A stretch of DNA of 62,766 bases, filler included, from Choristocarpus tenellus KU-1152 (lineage: Eukaryota > Protista > Phaeophyceae): the NCBI GenBank assembly GCA_964200185.2. It is 12 parts of 12 records of this genome, joined end to end, with 100 filler letters (N's around TTAATTAATTAA, not from the genome) between each part and the next. Parts side by side here need not be neighbours in the genome. Positions count along the whole stretch, not along the records: positions 25,801 to 40,258 come from CAXNAD020001182.1; positions 40,359 to 44,769 come from CAXNAD020014687.1; positions 44,870 to 49,200 come from CAXNAD020015084.1; positions 49,301 to 52,819 come from CAXNAD020019481.1; 8 more parts are not named here. One strand, given 5' to 3'. The notes under the pieces were generated by a model that saw nothing but the letters and a program-made list of their open reading frames with translations, was not told the DNA's origin and searched no databases. Both the position numbers and the translations under genes were made by a program. Shown here one piece after another: positions 37,801 through 49,726 of the stretch. How positions within the stretch are numbered: position 1 is the first letter of the stretch; every line of letters starts with the position of its first letter.

Positions 37801-39549
37801 AATAGTGGCACGTACAGGTAAGGATCGGGGTTACAGGGGGGCTTAGAATTGTGGGCAAAACAGAATTTTGTTTTGTTGTGGTGAAAACTTGTAGGGGTAG
37901 TTATGAATGGGAGGGGGCTGCAGGTTTGCAATTTGTTGTTTGCTGACCAATCTCTCACAACAGATGAGTTGGGTTATTTTAGCAAAGTCTTGTCGGAGGA
38001 AGGCAGAGAGGTTACCACCACAGATGGGGAGGAAATATCACGAGAAGATAACTTTTCTATAAGAATTATACATTGCCTCTATAAATACCACAGTGAGGAA
38101 CACAAGTGATGGGGTGGGTTACCATGTAATTCCAGTTCCCCTATCCAATACTGAATTTTGTTCAACAAGAGCATGCAGAATGAGCAGATATCGGACTCCC
38201 ACGTTTTGAGCAAACACTCCTTGAATAATATAATTGCGCTGGAAAATATTGGTGCCCATTTGGAGCTACAACAATAGATAGATTTGAGGTATCTATCACT
38301 TGTTAACAACAGTGGTTTCGCATTGCTTGCTTTGGGGTGTGTATACTCAAGGACAAGATTCCTTGGTTTCCCACCCATGTATTTGTTTCTTGGACTCTGG
38401 AGGGAGGTGTTTGCATAGGGTAATGAGGTGGACTCTATGGAAACATATATTTTTGCAGGTTTGAACCAAATATCTATTTCAAGACACTCAAAACCTTCTT
38501 GTTGGAGGTGTGAGGGGAACCTCTTCTCAAAATATCCACATGTTAATTTCAAGGGTCAACTCCGAGAGTGGTGAGGGAAGAGGGAGCAAAAAGGAGGAGA
38601 GGAGGAAAGAGAGAGGGCTAGAAGAGAGGGGGGGAGGGAGCACTAAAGCATACACATAGTCCGAGTGTACTGCAGCGGGCTAAGTACTTGCTGCACGTGT
38701 GTTGCAGGTGTGCATCGGTAGATCACAAAGATTATTTTGTGTATGTATGTATGGGGCATTGTGAATATGTTCAAAGACTCTTTGTGACATCCTTTTAGGC
38801 AGACAGGGGACTTGTAGGATGGAATTGTTAAGAGGCAGAGGGGTGGCAGTGGGGGGTAAGAAAAACTCTCAAGAGGGCAAGGGAGGAGAAGGCACATCTT
38901 GGGAGGTATGGATACTTGACAGTCTCGTAGTCCCTCACTCTCTAGAGCTATGTCTCTATCGCTTATTCACAGTGTGGTGGGGGTTGATCGGCAAGGGGGC
39001 TATCACCCACTTGGTGTTCCAGGTTTGTACTTTTCTGGGAGATGGTTGAGATAATGCCCTCGTATTCCTCGCAGCACCCAGATACGCGGCAGAAACTGCG
39101 GTGCAGAGCGCGCCAAGCCTTCTTTGGGAGGCTGGGGACATCACGCTTTGGGTGTACACTCGAGGACCACTTCTGCTCCTTTACGGTTGGGCATGTGACG
39201 GAATAGTGGCAAGGTGTCATTCAGCACAGACAGGCTTCGTGTTTTTTCATTTTCGTCAACGGAGGAACAGCTCCATGGGCATGTCAGAAACCAGAGCGAC
39301 AGGCAATGAGGAGAACATTCGAGTATGCCAAACGAACGAGAAAGTGTGGAAGAGACCCACGACTATTTCGAGACTGAGACGTATCAAGACATCACTTGGC
39401 ACTGGGATTTCTCTGGTAGGGGTAAGAAGCTGGTGAGACGGCTCAACCGACCACCCAATGTTCGGAGCCCTCACCTCGCCATATCTCAGGCCCAACAAGG
39501 TGAGCACCAGTGCTCCCAGAAAGAGAAGGAAGTTGCGGAGCACACGCAT
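31827..39549 (-). CDS. Signal-anchored otubain/OTU-like cysteine protease (putative deubiquitinase), ~10 exons, ~520 aa
   Basis: Exons 39549-39475 (MRVLRNFLLFLGALVLTLLGLRYGE), 39178-39011, 36789-36730, 36563-36457, 36017-35705 (Gly/Glu repeat), 35237-35001 (VPCRSDGNCFYRAV Cys-loop), 34364-34155, 33306-33178, 32753-32568 (LVFCTVDKNHFDVV His-loop) and 31910-31827 (AEMMEAIRRSLAG*). All junctions are GT-AG with matching phases. Linkage of exons 1-2 to the rest is inferred. Confidence 0.72.
32761..33018 (-). mobile_element. MITE family A (intronic, 7 nt from an exon)
   Basis: TIRs GAGTGAAAGTATCTTAGAGGG / CCCTCTAAGATACTTTGTCTC. Flanks GTGTG/ATGTG. Confidence 0.92.
33358..33798. repeat. ~68-bp tandem repeat (3 units) interrupted by a MITE
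   Basis: Unit CAGTGCTCTCTGTTAGAATACAATCATCATGTATGTGCAGAGAAGAATG..TCAGGAAAT. Confidence 0.85.
33442..33679 (-). mobile_element. MITE family A (internal hairpin partly deleted)
   Basis: TIRs present. Flanks TGTA/TGTT; the neighbouring repeat unit shows the empty site, supporting a 4-bp TSD. Confidence 0.92.
37048..37305 (-). mobile_element. MITE family A
   Basis: TIRs present. Perfect 4-bp TSD TCAA. Confidence 0.93.
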
Positions 39550-40457
39550 GCTGGTACCGTAGGTGACTGAAACACGTCAGGGAAGCAGTATCATTGTGGG
39601 TAAGTGTGAGGGATAAGGGCACCTTAAGGCGTCATGGTTATACTCTTGGGACAGTGAGTCACTTGTCTTCCGGGTTCTTGCGAAACTAGACAGGATTCAA
39701 GTTTCATCACTTCAGCCAGAAGGGATCCGGTTGACCCATTTCCCTCAACTATTCCGGAGTATTAACACTCCTGCATTACAGAGCTTGGCTGTGCTGCCTC
39801 AAGACCGTGTGGACAAGGCCTATCGACTTGAGTGACGAGACTGACAATCCTGGAGCAAGGTGGATGGACGTGACTGGTAGTGAAGGTCGTGTCTCACCTT
39901 CGTTCTCTCCTACGGCCTCTCCACCTTGACTGCCAAACTTCGAATGGGGTCCTTGAGCGGGCCTGTAGCAAGAAGTCACAACTAACCCAAACGATGCCTA
40001 AGGGATATGAAAGAGGTTTACCAGTCGATCCTTCCAGAATAGAGACTTTTCCGATTTTGAAACCGCCATGACCAACAACTCTGACTTTTTGAATCGGTTT
40101 CCCTGACATCATGATCTCCCATTAGTCCATATTTGAATATGATGTACATCTCGAGTTCTACGGAGACCTCAAAGTAGTTGTGTGAAGGTGGGGCCTGGAT
40201 TTTGGTATGATCTGAGATTAGCCACTAGAAATACAAGCAATATGACGGGAAATTACCTNNNNNNNNNNNNNNNNNNNNNNNNNNNNNNNNNNNNNNNNNN
40301 NNTTAATTAATTAANNNNNNNNNNNNNNNNNNNNNNNNNNNNNNNNNNNNNNNNNNNNAAAATGTTGGAAGTTGTAGGGGGGGGGGGGGGGGGGGGGGGG
40401 GGGGGTAAGAGAGGGGAAGGGTGGGGAGTGAGGCAGAGAAAAGTAGCATTAACTCAC

Positions 40458-42489
40458 CCCAGAGAGTTCACCGCTGGCTCCAACAAGCAGCTTGTGAAAG
40501 TTCCACCTGAAAAGGAAATCAAACAGAATCAGACGACCATGGCAAGACAGTCGGGTAAGGCTTGTGGCATGATGCAATGTGATCTAACCTCCCCCCCCAC
40601 AAACAGTGGTCGTGGGCAATGATGCTCTTCACATTTCAAATGAGGATCACAGTCACCCTAACGGTAATACTGCTCTTGCAGCGATATGAATCCCCCCCCC
40701 ACATCTGGGAAGTAACAAGGACACCCTTGATGCTGGGACACATCATGTGAACTGAACTGCCACCACATCTACTGTAATCACAAGCCACCGACCAGGAAGT
40801 GCAAGCTGGAGTTCAGAACCTTTGCAGTATCACCTGTAAGAGCACTGCTTCAGGGTTCTAATAAAATGCACTATATTTTCAAGTGTAAGGCAAACCAGCC
40901 AAGTGTTGTCGGAATGAAAAGTGCAATCAAAAGTCTTTACTGTGCACTAACCCAAACCTCAAACCCAACTAAAACTAACCACCCCCAAAATGAAAATCTC
41001 TGAACTCACTCTGGGGCAACATCTGGTCCAAACTCCTTCACTACCGCCAAATAGAAGGGGTGCGCCTCTGGACCTACAACGGTTGTCTACAAAAATAAAA
41101 AATTGAAGGCATCGGGCACACATATCAACCAGGGTGGATACAGGTGACAGGAGGAAAGAAGTTGGGATCAATAGCGAGGGGGGCAGAAGAAATTGTACTG
41201 GAGGGAGTTTGAGCAGAAACATAAATAAATGGAAACATTTGGAGGCATTGTGGGTAACTTGGAGGCGCTTTGTGGTTGCATGTTACCTTTTAGGTAGAGG
41301 CATCGCGATAAAGTTAGCAGAGCTTTTGTCAACAAAGAACATCACCTTTCCATCACATTTGCGAGCACTAGTGTTACCTGCAGCATATGTCCTATTGCAC
41401 AGAATTGCTAAGGAGGGTGGTTTAGGTCACAGGAAAATGTAGAAACTCTTGGATTGGGCGAAGGCCTGGTTGCATGTCTCCGCTGTCTTGAGGACGGGTG
41501 CTGGGCTGTCTATGAGTCATATCAGTCATCTCTCAGATGTCTACGCGCGACTGCATAGAAATCGCGACAATTTTATCATATTGTCTATTGCCTCTCCTTG
41601 GTTTGCTGTTCTTAAAGTAGACTGACTCCTGATGTACATCTATACATTCCGATTTTTAAAAAAAACGTATGTGAGCACTCACACCTTTGAAGTAAGGGGG
41701 AATGTGACCCCAAAATCCTTCTGGTAGAATTCTTTTATCTTGGACTCTTCCCATGGCTGCAATGGACAGTGGGAGCAGGTGTCAGATTTCATGGAGTGAG
41801 TGTCAAGTGCTTTTGCCAATAGAGCAGATTTTTTTAACAGTTTATTCCAACCTTTAAACTTCTTTTCTCCCTGATGCAACCGAAAAAATGTCAAACGATA
41901 TCTTTCTATATATGGCTAGAATCGTGCCCTCGTCTTCATCAGTCTGCCTTCACTGCTCACCTCCTGCCCTCCAAAGTCATTGGAAGGCACACCTAACACT
42001 ACCAGACCGAGGGCACTAAATCGCTGGTAGACCTGTTGCAATTCCTTCAATTGAGGTGTCAACCTGTCGACCCAAAGGACAAGGAAAATTCAAATGTTCA
42101 GGATGTAGCTTGCAGCCTGTCAAGTATTGATGCTGTTTAGTCGTCTCAACCAGAAAATGCACCTGAGGTTGCTACTTCCTACGGCATAGACCCTATCATA
42201 GCCAACTAAGTGCCTTGTCCAGACATTATAATCTTGGAACATACCCGCAAAGAGAAGCTGTGTTCACGACAAGGACAGCTTTACCCTCGAAGTCCTTCCT
42301 TGACATGTCCTTCCCATCGACCAGTGATTTGAAGTCGAGAGTGGAGAAGTATCCCCCTTTCTTGGCTACGGTCTCGAGTGCATCCCCTGTACACAACGGG
42401 CGAGTGATACCAGAGCTGGGCAACCATGGTCGTGTGCGCGTGGAAGCTCTCACAAGGACACCTAGAACGTGCTTTCCTCGTTGTGACAT
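40458..42489 (-). CDS. GPX: Glutathione peroxidase family protein (Cys-type), five exons, 3' end missing
   Basis: Exons 42489-42245 (..GKAVLVVNTASLCG), 42063-41961 (LTPQLKELQQVYQRFSALGLVVLGVPSNDFGGQE), 41756-41685 (PWEESKIKEFYQKDFGVTFPLTSK), 41086-41010 (TTVVGPEAHPFYLAV..PE) and 40506-40458 (WNFHKLLVGASGELSG). All are GT-AG and in phase. Confidence 0.95.
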
Positions 42490-42784
42490 TCTTCTTCACT
42501 ACAACTATAGTAGTGTGTTGTATTGACTAGATTGATACAAAACAATAGTAATAGTAGTAGTATAGTAGTACTTGGTCTGTGACAAAAACAGGTACAGTAG
42601 TGGAGTGTACCTAATCCAAAACGCACTTGATAGGAAGGTAAGCGTACGATATTTAGACAGGACAAAGACAGTCGTGAGGGGGGTTTCATAGGCCCCTTCA
42701 CATAGTGATACTGATAACTCTCTGGCATGGCAGCCGCAGAGATTTGAGGCTAAATCATCTTTATCTCGGATTTGGATTGTTGTA
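42490..42784. promoter_or_regulatory. Putative bidirectional promoter
   Basis: 295 bp separate the divergent start codons of GPX (-) and the hypothetical gene (+). Confidence 0.5.
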
Positions 42785-44098
42785 ATGTCCACCAGAGTTT
42801 CTACTGTAGTGACCAAGCAGTTGGTCAACGCCACTGCGTTCGTGATCCTTTCTCTCCTGTCCCTGTGTATTATTCGTCGTGGTAGAGCGCAAAGAAATAG
42901 TCGAGAATCTTTGGGCGATGACGAGGAAGGTAAACCTCATGCAGACAACTCGAACGACCAGTTGGGAAAGGACCATCAACGGGATGCGATCTTACAGCTC
43001 GAATCAACAAACACGTTGCAAGAGTCCAAGGGGAGGGTTCCTCGACACCCACCTCTTTCAGCAGTGCTCCCGACAGGAGATGAAAATGGCGTACATCCAG
43101 AGATAATACACACGCAACGACCACTAACAGGAAAATTAACTGTGCCACAACATATCCTTGGTGACAACCAGCGGAATGAGATGCTCATCCACAATATATC
43201 TCATAAGGACATGGTCCTCGCACTTAGCAGGACTAGACCTGGGGGACCACGGAGGCGGGATTGGCGCGGCACTCCCCAGGCAGGGTTCTCCGAGGTAGGC
43301 TGCAGAAATGTTGTCTGATTTGTGAACCTCAAGCAATTTGAAATCTCTTGACTACAATTCCGTTTTACCTGTAAGCATGCAGTGCAGCAAGCTGTCCATA
43401 GAAAAAGTCTTCCACACCGCTCAGCAATGAAGAAAAGAAACTCAGTATCCTAAACCAACCTCCCACACACACCTCAATACAGTAGGACAACATCGAAAGG
43501 GGTACACGTCAACATTCGTTTCTCGTTTGTCACTGCACTTAGAGGATTCTCTGTAACAGCCCGCAAGAAAAAACCCTTCCATACCGCCCAACACCACGGA
43601 AAAGAAACTCAATACCCTAAACCAACCTCTCACACACACCTCAATGCAGTATGGCAACATTGAAAGCGGTTCACTTCAACATTCGTCCTCGTTTTGTCAA
43701 CCTTCACTTGGTACACTGTTTCTTGACGGAACCATCGCCAGAGAAGGAATGCTCTTCTTAGTCTGCAGCACAACGCAGTAATGAAGGAGACTCGTACTAT
43801 CGACCCATGCTATTTTTTTAACGCTAATTACGTTCGGAGTAAGACATTCGTAATTTCGTTTGTGGGCGAGGTCTACAAACAACCCTCCTGGTGCCGACAC
43901 ACCTCGCTACCTTTGCCTCTGTTCTGTGCCCTCCTGATCCCTGCCTTGATGGTGTCGTACCCTAGGATGACGCCGCCCTTGCCCGACCTAAATTCAGTAT
44001 CTACAAATCGGCAAGTGAAGTAATCTACAAGAAGCTCAGTGAGATGAATAAGAAGGGTCAAAAACCACTGTCTGCTCAGTTCCCTGTATACCGTCAGG
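42785..44098 (+). CDS. Conserved hypothetical protein with N-terminal TM (two 5' exons)
   Basis: Exon 42785-43294 (TM AFVILSLLSLCII; EMLIHNISHKDMVLAL) joins exon 43966-44098 (DDAALARPKFSIYK..FPVYRQ) by a phase-0 GT-AG intron. The motifs recall an uncharacterised stramenopile family (from memory, unverified). Confidence 0.7.
43398..43697. repeat. Intronic tandem duplication, period ~168 bp
   Basis: GAAAAGAAACTCA.TA.CCTAAACCAACCTC.CACACACACCTCAAT occurs twice. Confidence 0.85.
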
Positions 44099-44869
44099 GT
44101 GAGGCAGAGGAGTTCGTTCATAGGTAAGAATTGAGAAATTTCCCCGAAACCTTGAAGGTGCATGTTGCACATAAGACTATGTGCAACGCCTGCACAGGTG
44201 GGGGTGGTATGACTGCTGAAGTCTTGAAGTGCACTCGAGGTCGCCTATTTTTTAGTGTATATTATAATAATTATTATTACTGTTATTAGTGTGTATTGTT
44301 ATTATGATTTATTATTATTATTAGTGTGTATTGTTATTATTGTTGTTATTATTATTATTGTTATTCACAATAGTCCCAGGGCTCCCATACCTGCAGTTGA
44401 AGAGGTAGTCCACCAAAGAAGGCAATACACATTGCTTGAGGACTCAACGAGGTACTTTGACTCAACAAGGCACTATGGAAGATGAAAAAAAAGAAAAAGC
44501 GTAGAATGAAGGAAGGAGAAGAAAAGAGCCAGTGTGTCCACAGTAGTAGTAATAACGAAGATAACCCTAACCCTATTACAAGAGCAAGAAAAAACACCTC
44601 TGATCGCACGTCACGCTGAGGACAACAGAATGGAAAAAAGAAAAGAAAAGGAATATGTTACGAGAAAAGCAAGCACTCAGCACTCAGACAGTGGTGGTTG
44701 TGGCGGTGGGTGCTGGTTCGGCTAACCCTAACCCTAACTCTGTTCAAGAGGGAGAGAGAGGGGGGGGGGNNNNNNNNNNNNNNNNNNNNNNNNNNNNNNN
44801 NNNNNNNNNNNNNTTAATTAATTAANNNNNNNNNNNNNNNNNNNNNNNNNNNNNNNNNNNNNNNNNNNN

Positions 44870-44932
44870 GTGATTTTGATGTAATTTTGGCTATCGTGTT
44901 TGTTAGGAAGTGTCAATATCCTTGTTCCGGAC
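44870..44932 (+). mobile_element. MITE family A fragment at contig start
   Basis: GATTTTGATGTAATTTTGGCTATCGTGTTTGTTAGGAAGTGTCAATATCCTTGTTCCGGACA matches the family A body. Confidence 0.85.
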
Positions 44933-45153
44933 ATAGAAGATTGGCCGCTACGTACATACGTACCGCCTCTAACATGAAAGATGATCACAAGATCTTCTCA
45001 ACATAGTGACAGCGTGGTGGCTAACCTTGCTTTCTAAGCGTGCCAGAATTACACGATAATAACAGCCATTAAAACCAAAAATATACACGAAGTACAAGCT
45101 TTCATGTATGTATAGAGTGAAAAATGTGTTCGTTCTTCTTTGTGGATTTGGTT

Positions 45154-45563
45154 GGTTAGTTTTTTTGGTGGATGTGACCTATCAATCCCTTACTTGTACA
45201 AACCATGTAACACTCGAACAGATATTTATAACTAGTAGAAGAAGACGTATGTATGTACTGTGTAATACAATCTGTAGTGTACCATATATATAAGAATACC
45301 AAAACGTTACTGGCTCCCCCCCGGGGGGGTCCGTCTGTCCTTATACCTTTGGCTTGGTCAAGGTCGCTTCCAAATCGTAGCGGTGCCCTCCACAAGCACC
45401 GAAATAGATTTGAACAAAATATATCCCACTCAAAAAGGTGCCCTTAAAAAGTGAGTGCCACAACATTTACCAAGAAGCATATCGAAACTTTTTCCAGGAC
45501 AATTTTGGGTCAAACCCATCCTCCATAGTATGTTCCATCCTCAATTTTGGTGAGACGCTGTTC
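45154..45563 (+). repeat. Family D repeat (long TIR of a foldback-like element)
   Basis: Homologous to 58196-58477(-), 59450-60463(+) and the fragment at 1-56. Confidence 0.8.
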
Positions 45564-46324
45564 TATTCACCAGAATTTTATAGTTCCTACTATTCTCTCG
45601 AAGCACAAGGAGAAGAACAACAAATGTCACAACCACACAAATTATACAAATTTCAACAACAGTACCACACTACCCAGAAAGGTAGCACATTCCACATGAC
45701 AATGCACTGGACGGAACACACTTGCATTTTATTGCACCCACCAGCATTTTACAGATATTGTCGTGAAGGGGAAGGAAGCGACACACAAGATAACCCAAGG
45801 AGTTGCAAACATCGTTGATGTAGTGACTTACAACTCTTAGATATAATATCAATGTTAAATTATTTTATGTATGTAAGTAGTACATTCACAAGTGAAAACA
45901 GTTACATGTTTTTACTGAGTTATCTCTTGAAAACCACCAACCACAACAACAAAATAGTACTAACAAACGTATATCCTCATAGAACTCCCAATACAGTGAT
46001 AATTCTATATTGAACAAACTACTCATAGCAAGGAGTGACGAAATGCAAGGGAAGTAGCAGCCAACCATCTACTGCTCCGAGCACCGACAACTCATCTCCG
46101 TCGCTGCCCTAACAAGGCTTATGCTCCTTGCATCGATTGCACAATGACAGAAACTAACACACACTTCCAAAAAATTGTACCGCACACACGTTTCGTTCGT
46201 GCTGCTTTGCTCCCCTTCACCGCTAATCCACATAACACAATATATACGCCACCTCCAACCCTCTTGTCCTTTCCTGCCCTCATTCACCAGAGGAGGCCCC
46301 GCTACAACAGGTAAAACACAGAGA

Positions 46325-47443
46325 AGCACTACACATAAAAATACGAAAACATTCCTATGCCATGAGAAGGGATTTTTCAACCTGCTCGCTCCTCAAGGAG
46401 GTGTAGGTGTACTTAGGCAACAGTCCCCTCTTTGTCGATTGTATCAGCCACGCAATCCCTCGATCAAGTGGATAATCTTCTGCTCTCTGTCTTACGGAAG
46501 TCCTCCCATGGCCTTGGAGATCCCTTCTTCTTTTTGAGAGCGGCTATGCCCAAATGTCGTTTCTAGTGACATCAGGCTCAGCCTTCGCATTCAAGGATGG
46601 GTCCGGTGTGCCCATCACTGCAACCAATACTTCAGGTTCGGTCCAACTGGTACAGATTTGCGTTCAATATTTCAAAATCACAGGCAATGGTGAGGCCGAG
46701 GCAGAACGGTAACGAACCAGCCTATCTGAGGCTTTATCGCGAAAGGAATGGAGAAAAGTGACGTCCAACAACGAAACAACGGAACAGGGGAGACAATAAT
46801 ATAGATACTCTATTACGGTGGTAGTGCAACTCAATATGATACATTAGTGGAATCCCACAGGAAACAGGTATTATGGACTTGTACCGAACCTGAAATTTTG
46901 CTTCGATGCAAGAGCTTTGAATGGAAAGATCATCCTGTAATGTTGGGATATGCTTTATCGTTGCGACGTTTATCCACTAGTTCCTTCCTTTCTGTGTGAC
47001 ACCCTAATGTCACCCCTATCGTTACCCCCTCACTTACACGCCCTCTATACGCCCATACCCATAGGCTGCTGGCACATGCTCTGCGAGCAGAGAAACAGAA
47101 CAAGAGGCGAGTGAAAGTAGCAGCACTACTACAGATGAAGATGCAGTGATGGGCACACCGGACCCATCCTTGAATGCGAAGGCTGAGCCTGATGTCACTA
47201 GAAACAACATCTGGACAAAGAATGCCGCTCTCAAAAAGAAGAAGGGACCTCCAAGGCAATGGGAGGACTTCCGTAAGACAGAGAGCAGAAGATTATCCAC
47301 TTGATCGAGGGATTGCGTGACTGATACAATCGACAAAGAGGGGACTGTTGCCTAAGTACACCTACACCTCCTTGAGGAGCGAGCAGGTTGTAAAATCATT
47401 TCTCATGGCATAGGAATGTTTTCGTATTTTTATGTGTAGTGCT
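46325..47443. repeat. ~300-bp inverted duplication with ~520-bp spacer
   Basis: 46325-46622 is the near-identical reverse complement of 47142-47443. Confidence 0.95.
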
Positions 47444-47454
47444 GTTACAGGGTG

Positions 47455-47813
47455 GAAGTCTCGGTAGACCTCCATGTTACAGCGCGCCCCAGAAGTTTAC
47501 CTCCACGCGATGTATAGCTCCAATCTCCGGGCCTATAGATGATACTGATGCACGTATAGGACTCCTGATGCACAAGTCGTCAAGTATGCTGGATCTCTCA
47601 CTTTGGATTATCATTAATATCATCATATAAAAATGAAGTCTCGGTAGGACCTCCATGTTACAGGCGCCCCAGAAAGCTTACCTCCATAGGATGTATAGCT
47701 CCCATCTACAGGCCTATAGATAATACTGATGCACGTATAGGACTCCTGATGCACAAGACGTCAAGTATGCTGGATCTCTTACTTGGATTATCATCAATAT
47801 CATCGTATAAAAA
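47455..47813. repeat. Tandem duplication, 2 x ~180 bp
   Basis: GAAGTCTCGGTAG..CCTCCATGTTACAG...ATCATC.TATAAAAA occurs twice. Confidence 0.93.
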
Positions 47814-48002
47814 GGAGCTGGTCTACGATGTCTTATCACAATCGGGGACCATAATGACCAAATAAATAAATAGTCAAGAGGTACAAATATATCAAATCTA
47901 GAACTTCAATGTCATAATGGTGTGTATGAAATTGCCATTAAGATATACCGCCTGTAACAGCAAGTCAACGGGGCGGGTTTCGTCATCAGCCACACACACA
48001 GG

Positions 48003-49003
48003 GAGGGGAAAATGGGGGTATTTGTGGACTATCTACATGATTGGGAGCATGCGAATGAGAAGAGGTTTTACGTTCTTAAATATGAGCAAGGTGTGTACCT
48101 GCATCTCACTGAGGACCCCCCCAACCCCCCACAGGCACAGAATAAGCATTACATTACGAAGGAGATGATCTTTACAACTGTGGCCCATTCTAGGAAGCTC
48201 TCCAACAGGGTGTGGTTCGATGGGAAAATTGGGATCTGGTCAATTGTGGACACTAATGTCGCTCAGCACTGAAGCAAACACCGGCCCAAGGGCACCAATG
48301 TACTTGTGTCAGTCACGGTGAATGGGGGAAGGTATAAGAAGATCACGATTACAGATCTCATCTCAGCAATCAAGTACCGCATGCCTAGGCTGGAAGGACA
48401 CATAATTTTCATGCAGCAGGATGGGGCAAAGCCACACACCAAGGGGGGAATCATGGAGGTAATTGAGGAGGTAGCAAGGGTATGACATTGTCGTAGAGAC
48501 CCTACCAGTCAATTCACTCTTACCTTAATGTCAACGACCTGGAATTCTTTCATTCCATCTAGAGCAACAGAAGGAAGACGTGGGGGTGACCAACACAAAG
48601 GAGCTGGTGGAGACCACAATGGAGGCATTTGATGTGTACCCCCAAGAGACACTAAAGTGCATCTGTCAGAATCTCTTTGCAGCCTACAGTGAAGTGCTGG
48701 GGTCCAAGGGTGACCACGTCTTCAAACTTCCCCATCTTAGCAATGAAAAGGATGAGGAGCTGGAGCTCCCCTCGAATGCCCTGGTGGACATGGGGAAATA
48801 CTGTGCTGGAATGAAGTTTTCGAGGGATTTGGGAGCGGAATAATAGATAAGGTGTAGGCTGCCCCATTTTGTTTGAAGATTTGGTTGGCAACCTTTTATT
48901 GTGTGCACGATACACCCATAAAATATGAAGATGTGAAAAAAATCCTGCTGCTTCGTCGGGGCTGCGAAATTAATGTTACATTTAATTCCGAACGGAGGAA
49001 GTA
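48003..49003 (+). mobile_element. Decayed Tc1/mariner transposon of the plant-mariner (DD39D-like) type, 3' half with TIR
   Basis: Translation: NEKRFYV..WFDGKIGIWSIV..SKHRPKGT..IIFMQQDGAKPH..LNVNDLEFFHSI..GDHVFKLPHL, with stops and frameshifts. It ends in the Stowaway-like TIR ..TTCCGAACGGAGGAAG followed by TA at 49002-49003. Confidence 0.9.
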
Positions 49004-49146
49004 GTCAAGAAGCGCGACGTGTAGGTTCTAGGACTTCAACCTCATAGTGGCGTTTATAAAAAACTGCCATTTGTTGTATCTACATACAGTCAGTAGTCCT
49101 TGTCATTCTATTTTGTTTTTGCCCCCACCCCCTTAACACATCATCT

Positions 49147-49200
49147 GGCTCAAAGTAGCTGGGAGGGGGTAGCGGCTGTCCATTTGGGGTCAATTTTTTC
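49147..49200 (+). mobile_element. MITE family C left end at contig end
   Basis: GGCTCAAAGTAGCTGGGAGGGGGTAGCGGCTGTCCATTTGGGGTC. Confidence 0.85.
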
Positions 49201-49300
49201 NNNNNNNNNNNNNNNNNNNNNNNNNNNNNNNNNNNNNNNNNNNNTTAATTAATTAANNNNNNNNNNNNNNNNNNNNNNNNNNNNNNNNNNNNNNNNNNNN

Positions 49301-49368
49301 AAAAATTGCGACATACAAAAATTGACCCCAAATGGACAGCCGCCACCCCCTCCCAGATACTTTGAAGT
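49301..49368 (-). mobile_element. MITE family C left end at contig start
   Basis: GACCCCAAATGGACAGCCGCCACCCCCTCCCAGATACTTTGA. Confidence 0.85.
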
Positions 49369-49479
49369 ATTAGTTCTGGTCATCCTTGAGGAAGGTCTCT
49401 CCTCCTCAAGAGTCCCCGCTGGGATTATGAAATCTTATTTTAAGGGTATGCTCACTTGTTGCTACAACACCCTCCTCTG

Positions 49480-49726
49480 GAGTCCAAGCATTATGGAGGG
49501 TAAGAGTTTTGCCTTGGTTGTCCGTTCGGGACTTGGCTTCCTTCGTTTTTTTTTTACCCTTTTTTGTGTGAAACAGTTACCTAGAATGTATACGACTATG
49601 AAAGTTGTGTTCAGAGCAAGGTTATTGACACTTTCTAAAAGTATGATAGCCAATATTCATTAAAATCGAAATTTGGATTTTAAGCTCCGAACGGACGCGG
49701 CCCTATCCTCTTGAATGCATTGGCTC
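49480..49726 (-). mobile_element. MITE family A'
   Basis: GAGTCCAAGCATTATGGAGGG...CCTCTTGAATGCATTGGCTC. Confidence 0.82.

Noticed and set aside
49147-49368. Apparent element with perfect inverted ends spanning the gap
   Set aside because: Both sides are the same (left) end of family C on different contigs, and the juxtaposition comes from concatenation.
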